A stretch of 63,107 bases of DNA, filler included, from Octopus bimaculoides (Eukaryota): NCBI RefSeq assembly GCF_001194135.2. It is 5 parts of 5 records of this genome, joined end to end, with 100 filler letters (N's around TTAATTAATTAA, not from the genome) between each part and the next. Parts side by side here need not be neighbours in the genome. Positions count along the whole stretch, not along the records: positions 30,999 to 52,848 come from NC_069004.1; positions 52,949 to 57,242 come from NC_068994.1; positions 57,343 to 63,107 come from NC_068996.1; 2 more parts are not named here. The stretch is one strand, 5' to 3'. The translations under genes were made by a program, and so were the position numbers. This document shows positions 51,025 through 63,107 of the stretch, piece after piece; positions within the stretch are counted from its first letter, which is position 1; the number at the start of each line of letters is the position of its first letter. The notes under the pieces are model-generated. The model did no database searches, was not told the DNA's origin, and saw only the letters and a program-made list of their open reading frames with translations.

Positions 51025-51425
51025 GTGACCAGATATATGTTTATTGTATATCGAGACATATCAAAACCTATAACATATGTGGATATATATCTACGTATAA
51101 AGGCGGCATACAGTGTCATGTGAAGTTATATATGCATGTATGCATGTATTCATATATGGATGCACACGCATGTACATACGCGTACAGACTCACACAGACA
51201 CATACAAACACAAACACACACACATGCACACAAACATATGTAGATATATTTATACATGTATTAATGTATTAATGTATATATGTGTATGTATAGGTATAGA
51301 TGTATATATCTGAAGAGGTCTACTCATGTGTGTGTGCATATGTAAGCCAAAACTAAGCATTAGGAAGAGAAATAAAGTTTTCTCACACCCATGTATGCAC
51401 ACACGCACACACACACACACACACG

Positions 51426-51459
<34 letters not shown>

Positions 51460-51702
51460 CATATATGCATATATGCATGCACATGTATATACATATATGC
51501 ATATATATGTAAATATATATATGTATAGATAGATATAAATATATATATATACATGTGTATATCTACATATATATGCATACACATACAAATGTACATTCAT
51601 ATGCGTTATCTACACATTTATATACACTTACATGCGAAAGAGTATATATATATATATATACATGTGTGTATGTATACATGTATATGTATATATATATGTG
51701 TA

Positions 51703-51769
<67 letters not shown>

Positions 51770-51967
51770 GTGTATGTATAAATGGACAGATGATTTTTGA
51801 GAAACAGAAACAAACAAACAATAAAACACGTCTAGTTTTTCATATACTATCGTATTTGTCTTCGAAATTTCGTCAATATTTATTCAGTATCCTTAGAAAG
51901 CGTTTTATATCAGTCGTAACGAAGAGTCTAGTACATACATACATACAAACATGAACATGTTTGTGTG

Positions 51968-52046
<79 letters not shown>

Positions 52047-52199
52047 AGAGAAATAAACGAGCAGGATAAAATGTTATCGAATTTATTATCATCGAAACTC
52101 TGCTAACATTTATATATTTATTCGGAGCCATCAGAACTTATTTTTCATTTCATTATACATTTCTTGCGGCGAAAAGTGCCCTACCTGAAGCTCAAATCG

Positions 52200-52848
52200 T
52201 TTTCTTCTCATTCATCTTCTTCTTCCTCCTCCTCCTCCTCTTCTTCTTTTTCTCCTTCATCCTCCTCTTCTTCATGTCTTCTTTCTTCTTTTTCTCTTTC
52301 TTTCTTTTCTTCTTCCCCTTCTTCTTCATCATCAACCTGTTCCTCTTCTTTCTCTTCAGCTTCCTCTTCTCCTTCATCCTCTCTTCTTCCTCGTCTTCTT
52401 ATTTTTCTTCCTTTTTTCCTACTCTTACTCCTCTTCTTCTTCCCCCTCCTCTTCTTATTTTCCTCCTTCTCCTTCTTCCTACTCTTACTCCTTTCCTTCT
52501 TCTTCTTCTTCTTCTTCTTCTTCTTCTTCTTCTTCTTCTTCTTCCTCCTCCTCCTCCTCTTCTTAGTTTTCTTCCTCTCCTCCTCGTCCTTCTCTTACTC
52601 CTCATCCTCTTCTTTCTCTTCAGCTTCCTCTTCTCCTTCTTCCTCTCTTCTTCCTCGTCTTCTTATTTTTCTTCCTTTTTTCCTACTCTTACTCCTCTTC
52701 TTCTTCCCCCTCCTCTTCTTATTTTCCTCCTTCTCCTTCTTCCTACTCTTACTCCTTTCCTTCTTCTTCTTCTTCCTCTTCTCCTTCTTCCTCTCTTCTT
52801 CCTCGTCTTCTTATTTTTCTTCCTTTTTTCCTACTCTTACTCCTCTTC
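52200..52848. repeat. Long polypyrimidine (CTT/CCT) tract with a 264-bp higher-order duplication
   Basis: TCCTCTTCTTTCTCTTCAGCTTCC... starts at 52341 and again at 52605; a partial third copy precedes the gap. Confidence 0.85.
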
Positions 52849-52948
52849 NNNNNNNNNNNNNNNNNNNNNNNNNNNNNNNNNNNNNNNNNNNNTTAATTAA
52901 TTAANNNNNNNNNNNNNNNNNNNNNNNNNNNNNNNNNNNNNNNNNNNN

Positions 52949-52997
<49 letters not shown>

Positions 52998-53138
52998 CAT
53001 CATACATATATATATACATATGTGTGTGTGTGCTCAAGATTAGTAAACATTAAAAATTTTCGTTTTCCGTCCTTCAATTTTAAGCTGCTTTTAGAGTTTG
53101 TGTGTTTAACTAGGTTTGTCTGTTTTATTCATTTGAAG

Positions 53139-53683
53139 GGTCATCTGCTGTAACTGATGATGGTGTGACACCTGGTGATTTAACTGGAACCAGGGAAATA
53201 AGAAATACCAATAGCGTAACTGAAATACACACTAAACCACAAACGAGTTCAACAAGAGAAACCAGTTCCACAACAAAAACCAGTTCCACAACCAAAAACA
53301 GTTCTACAAGAGGAACCAGTGACAAAATAAAAACCACTGCAATAACACAAGCTTCTTTAGTGACGTCCAAAGCACCCATGTGTTCTTGTGCTTGTGAACA
53401 TGTGACACAACAGCCTCTCACCGAGAAGGATTTGGAAATTCTTAAGGATAAGTTAAAAAACGAGCTTGCCGTGGATAAAAAGAAACTGTCCCAAACAATT
53501 CGAGCCAAAACCAGTGCTCCTGACGAACGACGATCGGCTCAAAGTATAGGATTTATTGGTGTGATATTCCTATCTGCTGTACCTATCTTCATCCTTATTA
53601 TAGACTTCCCTCAACTCTATGCAGGCATGAAAACTTTTTGCAGGAATGTTTCTAGTTTGTGTTCCGACAGAACGTCACATTAG
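53139..53683 (+). CDS. Terminal exon of a single-pass membrane protein: Thr/Ser-rich stalk, CSCAC, juxtamembrane coiled coil, TM helix
   Basis: Open frame after acceptor ttttattcatttgaag|GG (an in-frame alternative acceptor aactag| at 53113 also exists). Has 18-bp TSSTxx repeats at 53243-53320, then CSCAC...LAVDKKKLSQTIRAKTSAPDERRSAQSIG and hydrophobic FIGVIFLSAVPIFILIIDF; stop TAG at 53681-53683. The motif recalls a C-terminal module common in uncharacterised mollusc proteins. Confidence 0.85.
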
Positions 53684-54086
53684 ACTTCTAGGAGCAATGA
53701 TGAATTATTGCACGATGTATTTGGTATATACATACCTACATAACATGTACTTATGTATATGTGTATGTATAAATGTATATACGTATGTATGCATCGTGTA
53801 TATATAAACCATTATGGACATACTTATAAATATTTTGTGTACGTATGTATGACTGCAAGTATGTAAGTATACACATGTATATATGCATGCATGCATATAT
53901 ATATGTATATATGTACAAAAATATGCTTAATTGTAAATATATATCTAACCATGTTTCAATTTATGCTCGTATGCATGTGTGCATACAACAATGTATGTAC
54001 ATACGGAGTTATATACTCCGACCCAACCCACAACCCGACACCTCCACACTCGTTCGTCTGGCCGAACTTGTCCTTTCACGCCCAAA

Positions 54087-54142
54087 CCCGCCCTGCCGTC
54101 TCCCGCCCTGCCGTCTCCCGCCCTGCCGTCTCCCGCCCTGCC
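54087..54142. repeat. GC-rich 15-bp minisatellite (CCCGCCCTGCCGTCT)n truncated by a gap
   Basis: About 3.7 perfect units immediately before a 777-N gap. Confidence 0.9.
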
Positions 54143-54919
54143 NNNNNNNNNNNNNNNNNNNNNNNNNNNNNNNNNNNNNNNNNNNNNNNNNNNNNNNNNN
54201 NNNNNNNNNNNNNNNNNNNNNNNNNNNNNNNNNNNNNNNNNNNNNNNNNNNNNNNNNNNNNNNNNNNNNNNNNNNNNNNNNNNNNNNNNNNNNNNNNNNN
54301 NNNNNNNNNNNNNNNNNNNNNNNNNNNNNNNNNNNNNNNNNNNNNNNNNNNNNNNNNNNNNNNNNNNNNNNNNNNNNNNNNNNNNNNNNNNNNNNNNNNN
54401 NNNNNNNNNNNNNNNNNNNNNNNNNNNNNNNNNNNNNNNNNNNNNNNNNNNNNNNNNNNNNNNNNNNNNNNNNNNNNNNNNNNNNNNNNNNNNNNNNNNN
54501 NNNNNNNNNNNNNNNNNNNNNNNNNNNNNNNNNNNNNNNNNNNNNNNNNNNNNNNNNNNNNNNNNNNNNNNNNNNNNNNNNNNNNNNNNNNNNNNNNNNN
54601 NNNNNNNNNNNNNNNNNNNNNNNNNNNNNNNNNNNNNNNNNNNNNNNNNNNNNNNNNNNNNNNNNNNNNNNNNNNNNNNNNNNNNNNNNNNNNNNNNNNN
54701 NNNNNNNNNNNNNNNNNNNNNNNNNNNNNNNNNNNNNNNNNNNNNNNNNNNNNNNNNNNNNNNNNNNNNNNNNNNNNNNNNNNNNNNNNNNNNNNNNNNN
54801 NNNNNNNNNNNNNNNNNNNNNNNNNNNNNNNNNNNNNNNNNNNNNNNNNNNNNNNNNNNNNNNNNNNNNNNNNNNNNNNNNNNNNNNNNNNNNNNNNNNN
54901 NNNNNNNNNNNNNNNNNNN

Positions 54920-54950
<31 letters not shown>

Positions 54951-55405
54951 AGAGAGATATGGAGGGAGAGCGAGTGATGTGTGTGTGTGTGTGAAATCGA
55001 TTTACGAATGAATGCATGATTGGAAGCATATAGGAATTGTGTCGATACCTACATGCATTTAGACGCAGTTACATAGATGATGATTAAAGATACACCGAAC
55101 TGGGCTATGAATGACGCCGTCAAGATGAAATTGACGTTTTGTCAGTTGCAGGCACCCAATCACGATCTTATATGTAAGCTGTAAATAGTTAACTTCTTGA
55201 AGTCTGTAAGGCTCGGTCAAATTCGAATTTATTAATTAAAAGCACACGAAGTAGCAATTATAAATGTCCGATCCGTTGTATGCTACTGCTGAAGCGTAGA
55301 CTCGCCAAAAAGTATGGTATTAGGCGCTGCTATCATTAGTCACGCAATTGTATGTGTTTTCAGACACAGCCTACATAGAGAATTAAGAACACAGATATAC
55401 ACATC

Positions 55406-55448
<43 letters not shown>

Positions 55449-56292
55449 NNNNNNNNNNNNNNNNNNNNNNNNNNNNNNNNNNNNNNNNNNNNNNNNNNNN
55501 NNNNNNNNNNNNNNNNNNNNNNNNNNNNNNNNNNNNNNNNNNNNNNNNTATATATATATATATATATGTGTGTGCGTGTGTGTGTATGTGTGTGCATATA
55601 TATATATGTATGTATTATGCATGTATGTTCGTATGTATGTGTGTAGGCATGTAGAGATAACTAAAATAAATGATAAATAGTTGTCTTTGATCTACTATAA
55701 ATCCGCTACGTAAATGTCTACAGGTATTAAAGCATTCCTCAGCGCGAATTGTCTGTAAAAAACCCATATTACTTTCTTTCATCTAAATTTTTATGGCTCT
55801 AAATTACGTTTGAATCCATTTTTTGCTATGTACTATTTTTATTTGTCAGTTTCCTAACACGCCCGATTTGTTCTTATTATATATCGGTAGCTTTGTATAT
55901 AGCTTCACTTGCTTGGGAATCAATTGATTACTCAAGAAATCGTTGTTCAACTGATTTAAATATTGCCTGAAAAGCGTGAAATTTTCATAACGTATGACTT
56001 AATACATAACATTGTATTACACTTAAATTAAATAAATAAAGATTCTAATCGAACAATTGTCGCAAAATATAAATCCATTCGTTTGTTTGTTTATTAATAT
56101 TTTGTGTAACACCTGGGCTTCTCTTATTCATTAAGTCGCAAGTAAACAATTGGAATTGCAAATTACTGAACGATTGTGTTTAGTTTTCCTCGTTGCTTCC
56201 TACGTTGCTCTGCATGATTCTCCTTAACCAATCAGTGGCCTACTACAAGTTGATGTGCCTCGATATTTTATGATTCATGTATAACTGATACG

Positions 56293-56790
56293 TATTAGGG
56301 TCGGCTGAAAAGTTCATAGGCGGACCAAGTTACTCATTTGGAATGTGACCCAATGAGGTTTATTTTTTAACATAGCTCCCTTTGCGATCCACACCCTTCT
56401 TCCATCAGCGTTGCAATACTTGGATCCCATTGGTGAAGAAGCTTTCATCCTATTGGTAAAAAAAATGCATCGACATCATCATCATCATTGGTAGTCTGGT
56501 TCCCAGTCAAGTATCTTTTATGTTTGGGGACAGATGCTAGTCAGATGGAGCCAAGTCGGAGGAATAGGGAGGCTGATCAACCAGTCCAAATGCACAGTCA
56601 CACAGCAGGCATTGACACCAAGGACTTGTGTACTAGAGCATTGCCCTGATGAAATAAGACCCGTTTCGTCAGTTTTCCTAGGGGTTTGGTCTTGATTGCC
56701 TTTCACAACTGCCTCAGCAAATTGGCACAGTACTCTGCATTGATGATGTGGCCTTTTTCATGATAGTCAATAAGCACATCCGGCTGTCGT
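56293..56790 (-). mobile_element. mariner transposase C-terminal relic with 3' TIR
   Basis: Minus frame LFHQGNALVH...QPPYSSDLAPSD*HL...FFTNGIQVLQR*WKKGVDRKGSYVKK* (YSPDLAPSD motif); TIR-like TATTAGGGTCGGCTGAAAAGTTCATAGGC. Confidence 0.85.
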
Positions 56791-57429
56791 TAATATAAGG
56801 GACCTGCACACAGGTTCCTCTCTCAGACTTTCACGCAGCTTACTCCTGTGTTTAGTTGCTGATAGCACTCGTTATTTGCACAGCTAAGCTAAGAATTTCT
56901 CTCATTTCTAATCGCTTCATTTATTTATTCATTCATTTATTCATTCATTCATTCATTCATTCATTCATTCATCTAACCCACACCATTGCTAATCTGTAAT
57001 CATTTATATTAATTTTTCAAATAAATTCCAAATAATAATCTCTCCCTCTAAAATAATCATTTCCTAGTTTCTCACTGTGACTAAATATTTTTCGTACTGT
57101 CTTTTGAGAAAGGGTTTTCGCAACCACGAATAAGAAAGTTATTTTAGAGAGTAGTACGAAATATAAATATATATATTTTCGTAGTTTTTTGGCAAAATAT
57201 TTTCGTAATTTCTCGGCTACATATATATATATATATATATATNNNNNNNNNNNNNNNNNNNNNNNNNNNNNNNNNNNNNNNNNNNNTTAATTAATTAANN
57301 NNNNNNNNNNNNNNNNNNNNNNNNNNNNNNNNNNNNNNNNNNTGTGTGTGTGTGTGTGTGTGTGTGTGTTTATGTGTGGGACCGTTTTTGATTGGTCCCA
57401 GAGTTTACTGTGGTGTGTATATGGGTCTG

Positions 57430-58695
57430 AATTCATGGTTCTGTAACTCACTTGGTTCCATGCATTATCAATAAGATTAACGCAATTCAGAATATTGAAA
57501 TGATTTTTCCAAAATTCTCTGAGAATTGACTGAGTGACATTAGTGATTTGAAAACACTTTCGAAACAAGACTTTTGCGTAAAGATTCTTACAGTTTGCAA
57601 TCACCTGTTGCTCCATTGGTTGTATTAGAGAAGTTGTGTGGCAGGTATTTGACCTGAATAAAATCAAACCCTTCAATTAAGTCATCCCCCAAACGTGGAG
57701 GGAGAGCAAGGAGTATTGTCTAACACGAGAAGGCATCTTAGTGGCAAGTTTTTTTCTTGCGGATGTTTTTTTTAAAACTTGGGGCAAAAACTTGAATCCA
57801 CTCAATTAAAAATTGTCTGGTTACCCGAGCCTTCGTATTAGCCTGCCACATAACATGCAATTTACTCTTCATAACATTGTTTCGTTTGAAAATCCTCGGA
57901 TTATCGGAATGGTAAACAAGCAATGGTTTAAACCTTGAAATCGCCACTTGCATCGACGCATAGCAAAATAATGTGTCTATCTTTCATTGACTTGCGCCCT
58001 GGCAACGCTTTTTCTTCCTCAGTAATATAGGTCCTATTTGGTATTCGTTTCCAAAATAATCCTGTTTCATCCCCTTTAAACAGCGGTTGGGAGAGATAAC
58101 CTCCTTCCCTTATCAACTCATTAAACTCAATCACTAATTTCTCAGCCGTCTCCTTCTTTGAACTCGCCACCTCTCCATACCTAATTACACTGTGTATTTC
58201 TCTTCTCTTCTTAAATTCGGTGAACCAGCTTCTACTAGCTTTGAATTCAAAAGTATCACATTCAGCACTTGTACCAGGGGTTTTCTTTACTAGATCTTTA
58301 TAAATTTCTAATGCTTTCTCAAAAACAAATGCTTCGCAGATACTGTCATCTGCTGACTTCTTCTCATTTTAAAAATAAACAATAACTTTTTCACTTTTTC
58401 GAGTATCTTTGGTTTTTGTTTATCAATAACAGTCATTCCGTTTGCTACATCAGCTTCTTTTATCACTTCCTCATTTTGTAGAATAGTAAATATTGTCGAT
58501 TTAGGCTTACTGTACTGCACAGCGAGATCTGACACACGAACGGCATTTTGGAGATATGACTAAGGGCTAATGAAGAGAAAGAAAGGTACAGTACAATAAA
58601 CTCATAAATAATTCCGTTCGGGTTAACTCGGTTCATCTCGATTCGGCAATGCTCTTCAAGAACCGAAATTTTGTTCGATAACCGAAATTGCTCTG

Positions 58696-58697
<2 letters not shown>
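57430..58697 (-). mobile_element. Tigger/pogo transposon relic (HTH, CENP-B-type HTH, DDE_1) with probable 5' TIR
   Basis: SDLAVQYSKPKSTIFTIL; FEASRSWFTEFKKR; DETGLFWKRIPNRTYITEEEKALPG; KPLLVYHSDNPRIFK; TTSLIQPMEQQVIA..K..Y; frameshifted. TA-CAGAGCAATTTCGGTTATCGAAC at 58673-58697. Confidence 0.9.
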
Positions 58698-58754
<57 letters not shown>

Positions 58755-59192
58755 NNNNNNNNNNNNNNNNNNNNNNNNNNNNNNNNNNNNNNNNNNNNNN
58801 NNNNNNNNNNNNNNNNNNNNNNNNNNNNNNNNNNNNNNNNNNNNNNNNNNNNNNNNNNNNNNNNNNNNNNNNNNNNNNNNNNNNNNNNNNNNNNNNNNNN
58901 NNNNNNNNNNNNNNNNNNNNNNNNNNNNNNNNNNNNNNNNNNNNNNNNNNNNNNNNNNNNNNNNNNNNNNNNNNNNNNNNNNNNNNNNNNNNNNNNNNNN
59001 NNNNNNNNNNNNNNNNNNNNNNNNNNNNNNNNNNNNNNNNNNNNNNNNNNNNNNNNNNNNNNNNNNNNNNNNNNNNNNNNNNNNNNNNNNNNNNNNNNNN
59101 NNNNNNNNNNNNNNNNNNNNNNNNNNNNNNNNNNNNNNNNNNNNNNNNNNNNNNNNNNNNNNNNNNNNNNNNNNNNNNNNNNNNNNNNNNNN

Positions 59193-59230
<38 letters not shown>

Positions 59231-59439
59231 CGGATATATATATATATATATATAGCGGGAACTTTGATTTGAAGGGATTATAAGCAATGCATAACTTACA
59301 ATTTTTGCAAGAAGTCATTTGCAAACATGTAAGGAAGATAACATATTAAAAATTTCGTTATCACCGAATCGGACCGATTTCTGGATTAATCTATAAAGGA
59401 TTTTTCCTTCGTCAGTGGAGAACACTATAAGCAATAAAT

Positions 59440-60900
59440 GGGATACTTATATATACCCATGGAAAACGTTTATAATTTTCGCCTTAAAAGGCTTCCTTTT
59501 CTGCGTTCTCCTTTTCATGGGAGAGTTCATTTTCAATCTCGAGCAATGTTTGTTTGAAATAGCATCGTTATTATACTTTAGTGGCCTATTTTGACGATTT
59601 GAGATTTTTGCTCGTCGCCTCAAAATGCTTTTTTCTCTGGAAATGATATTTTTCTCTTAGTTTGGCATCCTCTATTGAGTAAAATTACTGCATATGTCGT
59701 GCATGATTGTCATAAAGTGCTGCAACTTCATCTCAATATCTTGAGTTGAGAGACTGGCAGACCAGTTATGTTCCATGACCTCTTTCTCGATACCTTTCCA
59801 ATCAACTTTGTGAAAGTTCAGACTGGAGAGGAGTTGGGTGCATCTAGTAGCCTGCATGTCTGTAGTCTTTTTCGGACCATAAATTGCTAATTCTATTAAT
59901 CTATGGTCTGAGAAAATCGTCGGTATCAACTTAACATTATGAATGAGCGTCACGTTATTTGTGAAGCGGTGGTCCAGGATATTTCCCCTTGTTTGATGGA
60001 GCACTATTTGCTCCATAAAGGGCCTGTTAGTGAGGTCAAGCAGATATTCTGCATGCTTCAAGCCGTGCAGTGACATACCTGAGAGAAGACGGTCCTCAGG
60101 CCATTCAACATTGGTGAGGTTGAAGTTATCTAAAGAAACATGTGCAGGCCGTTATCCAGGTTGGTTTATAATTCTTCATGTTTTGGAAGCTCTCTTTATT
60201 TGGAGGTCTTCGTGTGAGTGGAACGAGTAGCGCTCACACGGGATTCCGGATGAGTAAACCTTCAGCTTGTCCCAGTGTCACCATGCCAGCAGATATCCTT
60301 TGCATAGAACTTGCAGATTGGTTTGGCTTCCTTTTTACCAGAACCATTGCCGTCGCAAGTTCTATTTCATTTTCCTTTTTTTTTTTCTCTGCCCAACTTC
60401 GGCCCACTTCCATTCTCAGTTTGCCGGCCTGCTGATGCTTTGTCTTCATCTGTTTCTCCTGATGGATCTTTACTTTGCCGCTCTACACGACTTCACTTTT
60501 TGTTTCTTCGGTTTCTTCTGTTGGACCTTGGCTTTTTTCTCCATGGACTCACAGTTGTCCAGGGTAATGGTCTCTGCTTTGTTTTATTCCGTCCTCACAT
60601 CATCACCCTGATCCTTCTCGGATTCTATGGAGTCACTAGTTTCTTTCTCACCCTATTATGTCTTTGCCTCCTCTTTAAATATTTTATCTAGTACTTTACT
60701 TCAATGTGATGTTGGATTAAGGCATATAAATGAATGAACTCAATCCTTTGTTCTTTCACTTTGAGCTAAAGTTTTATTTCAGAGGTCCTGAAGAGACCTC
60801 TGCAATTAAAGAGTTTGGCGGCGATCATTCTGCAAGGTTCCATGCGATGAGCATTGTCTTAATTTCCTCAATCTGCCAGTTACTCTGAATTGTTAATCTT
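59440..60900 (-). mobile_element. CR1-like LINE relic: ORF1 remnant with CCCH finger joined to the APE endonuclease C-half and downstream linker
   Basis: DNFNLTNVEWP (GDFN), TRGNILDHRFTN, FSDHRLI, NFHKVDW APE motifs; RRPP upstream; CKFYAKDICWHGDTGTS*RFTH at 60250-60315. Confidence 0.8.
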
Positions 60901-61263
60901 ATGCTGCCTTCTGTGTAGTTTGCTTTGCTGGAGTCTATCTTGCTGAGATAGGGAGGAAAAAAACATCAGGAAGAAATAAGGACAGATAGGCAGACAGAGA
61001 CAGAGAGAGAGAGAGAAATAGAGAGACGTAAACATAGTGGAGTAAAGCAGAGCGAAGGACACAAAGAGAGAGAAACAAACAGACAGATATATAGGTATTT
61101 AAGAAAGTTAAGAGAAAAGAGAAATGCAAACGGGGTGAGGAAATTAGAGAGAAGAGAGAGGAACGCGGATGGCGGTGCAGGGAATTGGAGACAAGGAAGG
61201 GGATGAGAGAGAGGTAATCAAGAAAAATAGGGAGAAAGAGAAAGACTGAGCATAACAAAGGGT

Positions 61264-61296
<33 letters not shown>

Positions 61297-61484
61297 CCAC
61301 GGGGAGAAATTTAAAGGTTGTGAAGAAAGCAGAAACAGGAGAGAGAAACATGAATAGCAGTACTTATCCTCATTAGGTTTCCCGTGAGGGAGCCATCTTT
61401 TTTGGAAGGCGGGGCTCCTATCTTGTGGCGTACTGAGGCTGTTTCTTACATATATGTATATCTATCCATCTATCTATCTATCTA

Positions 61485-61983
61485 CACGATCCCTATTGAT
61501 CGCTTTTTTTTTTCTCGATCCCTTTTGATCGAACTCCCCCCTTTTTCCCTTTCTACGATCCCTTTTGATCGACACCCCCCCNNNNNNNNNNNNNNNNNNN
61601 NNNNNNNNNNNNNNNNNNNNNNNNNNNNNNNNNNNNNNNNNNNNNNNNNNNNNNNNNNNNNNNNNNNNNNNNNNNNNNNNNNNNNNNNNNNNNNNNNNNN
61701 NNNNNNNNNNNNNNNNNNNNNNNNNNNNNNNNNNNNNNNNNNNNNNNNNNNNNNNNNNNNNNNNNNNNNNNNNNNNNNNNNNNNNNNNNNNNNNNNNNNN
61801 NNNNNNNNNNNNNNNNNNNNNNNNNNNNNNNNNNNNNNNNNNNNNNNNNNNNNNNNNNNNNNNNNNNNNNNNNNNNNNNNNNNNNNNNNNNNNCCCCCCC
61901 CTTTTTTTTCCTCCCAAAAAGAAAAGCTCTACATTGTATTTGTCCCATCTTCGTTGAGCCCTGTGTGGCTAATAAAAGAAATG
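61485..61983 (+). mobile_element. Tx1/L1-like LINE 3' UTR (second copy) inside (TATC)n
   Basis: CCCCC...AAGAAAAGCTCTACATTGTATTTGTCC...GAGCCCTGTGTGGCTAATAAAAG matches the tail of the 41604 copy; TATC repeats on both sides. Confidence 0.75.
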
Positions 61984-62051
<68 letters not shown>

Positions 62052-62601
62052 ATCATGGACGGACGGTAGAGACATCGGCACCGTAAGTTTTGCCTTTTTT
62101 GCTTCTAAAAAGTTTGTTTCTCAGTCATATTTTATATACAAAAGCTGTGCAACAACTGATATACTCAGTTGTGCAACTTGTTTGTACGGGAAATCTGCCC
62201 TGTGTGGCGAATTCCCCATTTTTGTAAAATTTATTTTCGGCTTTCTTAGCCATTTTATTTTGAGAATGGTGATTCTAAGCCATGTGACGAACGCCGGTCT
62301 ATTTGGCCATTCATTCGCAATTAACTTTCCTACCTTGCCTTCCCCACAACTTCACGAAGGAGTGAACAAAGGAAGAAGTAGCACACAAACAGGTGCCAGT
62401 GTTAGCATGAACGCTAGCACCGCCACCACCATCACCACCAACAACAACAATAACACCGTCTCAAAGGCTATGACCTCAAAGACAAACACCAACACCACCA
62501 CNNNNNNNNNNNNNNNNNNNNNNNNNNNNNNNNNNNNNNNNNNNNNNNNNNNNNNNNNNNNNNNNNNNNNNNNNNNNNNNNNNNNNNNNNNNNNNNNNNN
62601 N

Positions 62602-62646
<45 letters not shown>

Positions 62647-63107
62647 TACTTGCTAGAACGAGCTGCTCACAGAGGACGGAATTGTATGGCAAAGGTAAAC
62701 GGAAGTTTGCAAAGTTTATGTTAATATTATTGAGTGGCCATAGGTGAGGCGTAATCAAGCAAATCCGTATTCAAAGACATTGCTGCATTTTCAGTTTATC
62801 TTTGTGCGTGTTTGCATATATGCAGGAAAGCAGGATTACAATAAGGTCTCCTTATTGTTTATTATTTTTCTTAGATAATTATTTGTTATTTTAAGCAGAT
62901 CAGGCGATTGTGTTGGCTTGTAATAATTCCGAATTCTATAAAAGACAATGGGAAAACAGTTGAGATAAAAATTTAAACTTTTAGTCTCTTTTTTTTGCAA
63001 AAATACAATTTTTCCATTTCTCATGTTTTCCTATATTTTAAAGGCGCAATAATTAGATATTTCGATTTCACTACGTATTGTTTACATTTTAGGAATGCGT
63101 ATATATA

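Overview
AT-rich eukaryotic genomic DNA dense in microsatellites and N-gaps. The SINE/LINE/MITE repertoire points to a cephalopod, most likely Octopus (inferred, not proven). Most ORFs in the track are microsatellite or N-gap artefacts. Two host coding regions are well supported: (1) an intronless 209-aa tropomyosin-like gene (6270-6899, minus) with canonical tropomyosin ends, an internal 38-aa duplication and a large central deletion; (2) the terminal exon of a mollusc-type single-pass membrane protein (about 53139-53683, plus) with a probable signal-peptide exon at 50905. The rest is mobile DNA: tRNA-derived SINEs, R4/Dong-like, RTE, CR1-like, Tx1/L1-like and Penelope-like retroelement fragments, Tigger/pogo and mariner/Tc1 relics, piggyBac-type MITEs and an initiator tRNA-Met pseudogene. 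Best leads: the short tropomyosin; two Tx1-like LINE copies both inserted in (TATC)n repeats and sharing a 3' hairpin tail with a SINE; several hammerhead-ribozyme-like cores; and a ~14 kb CpG-depleted domain (about 17.1-31.3 kb) suggesting a methylated gene body whose exons I could only tentatively locate. All element family calls come from recalled motifs, not database searches.
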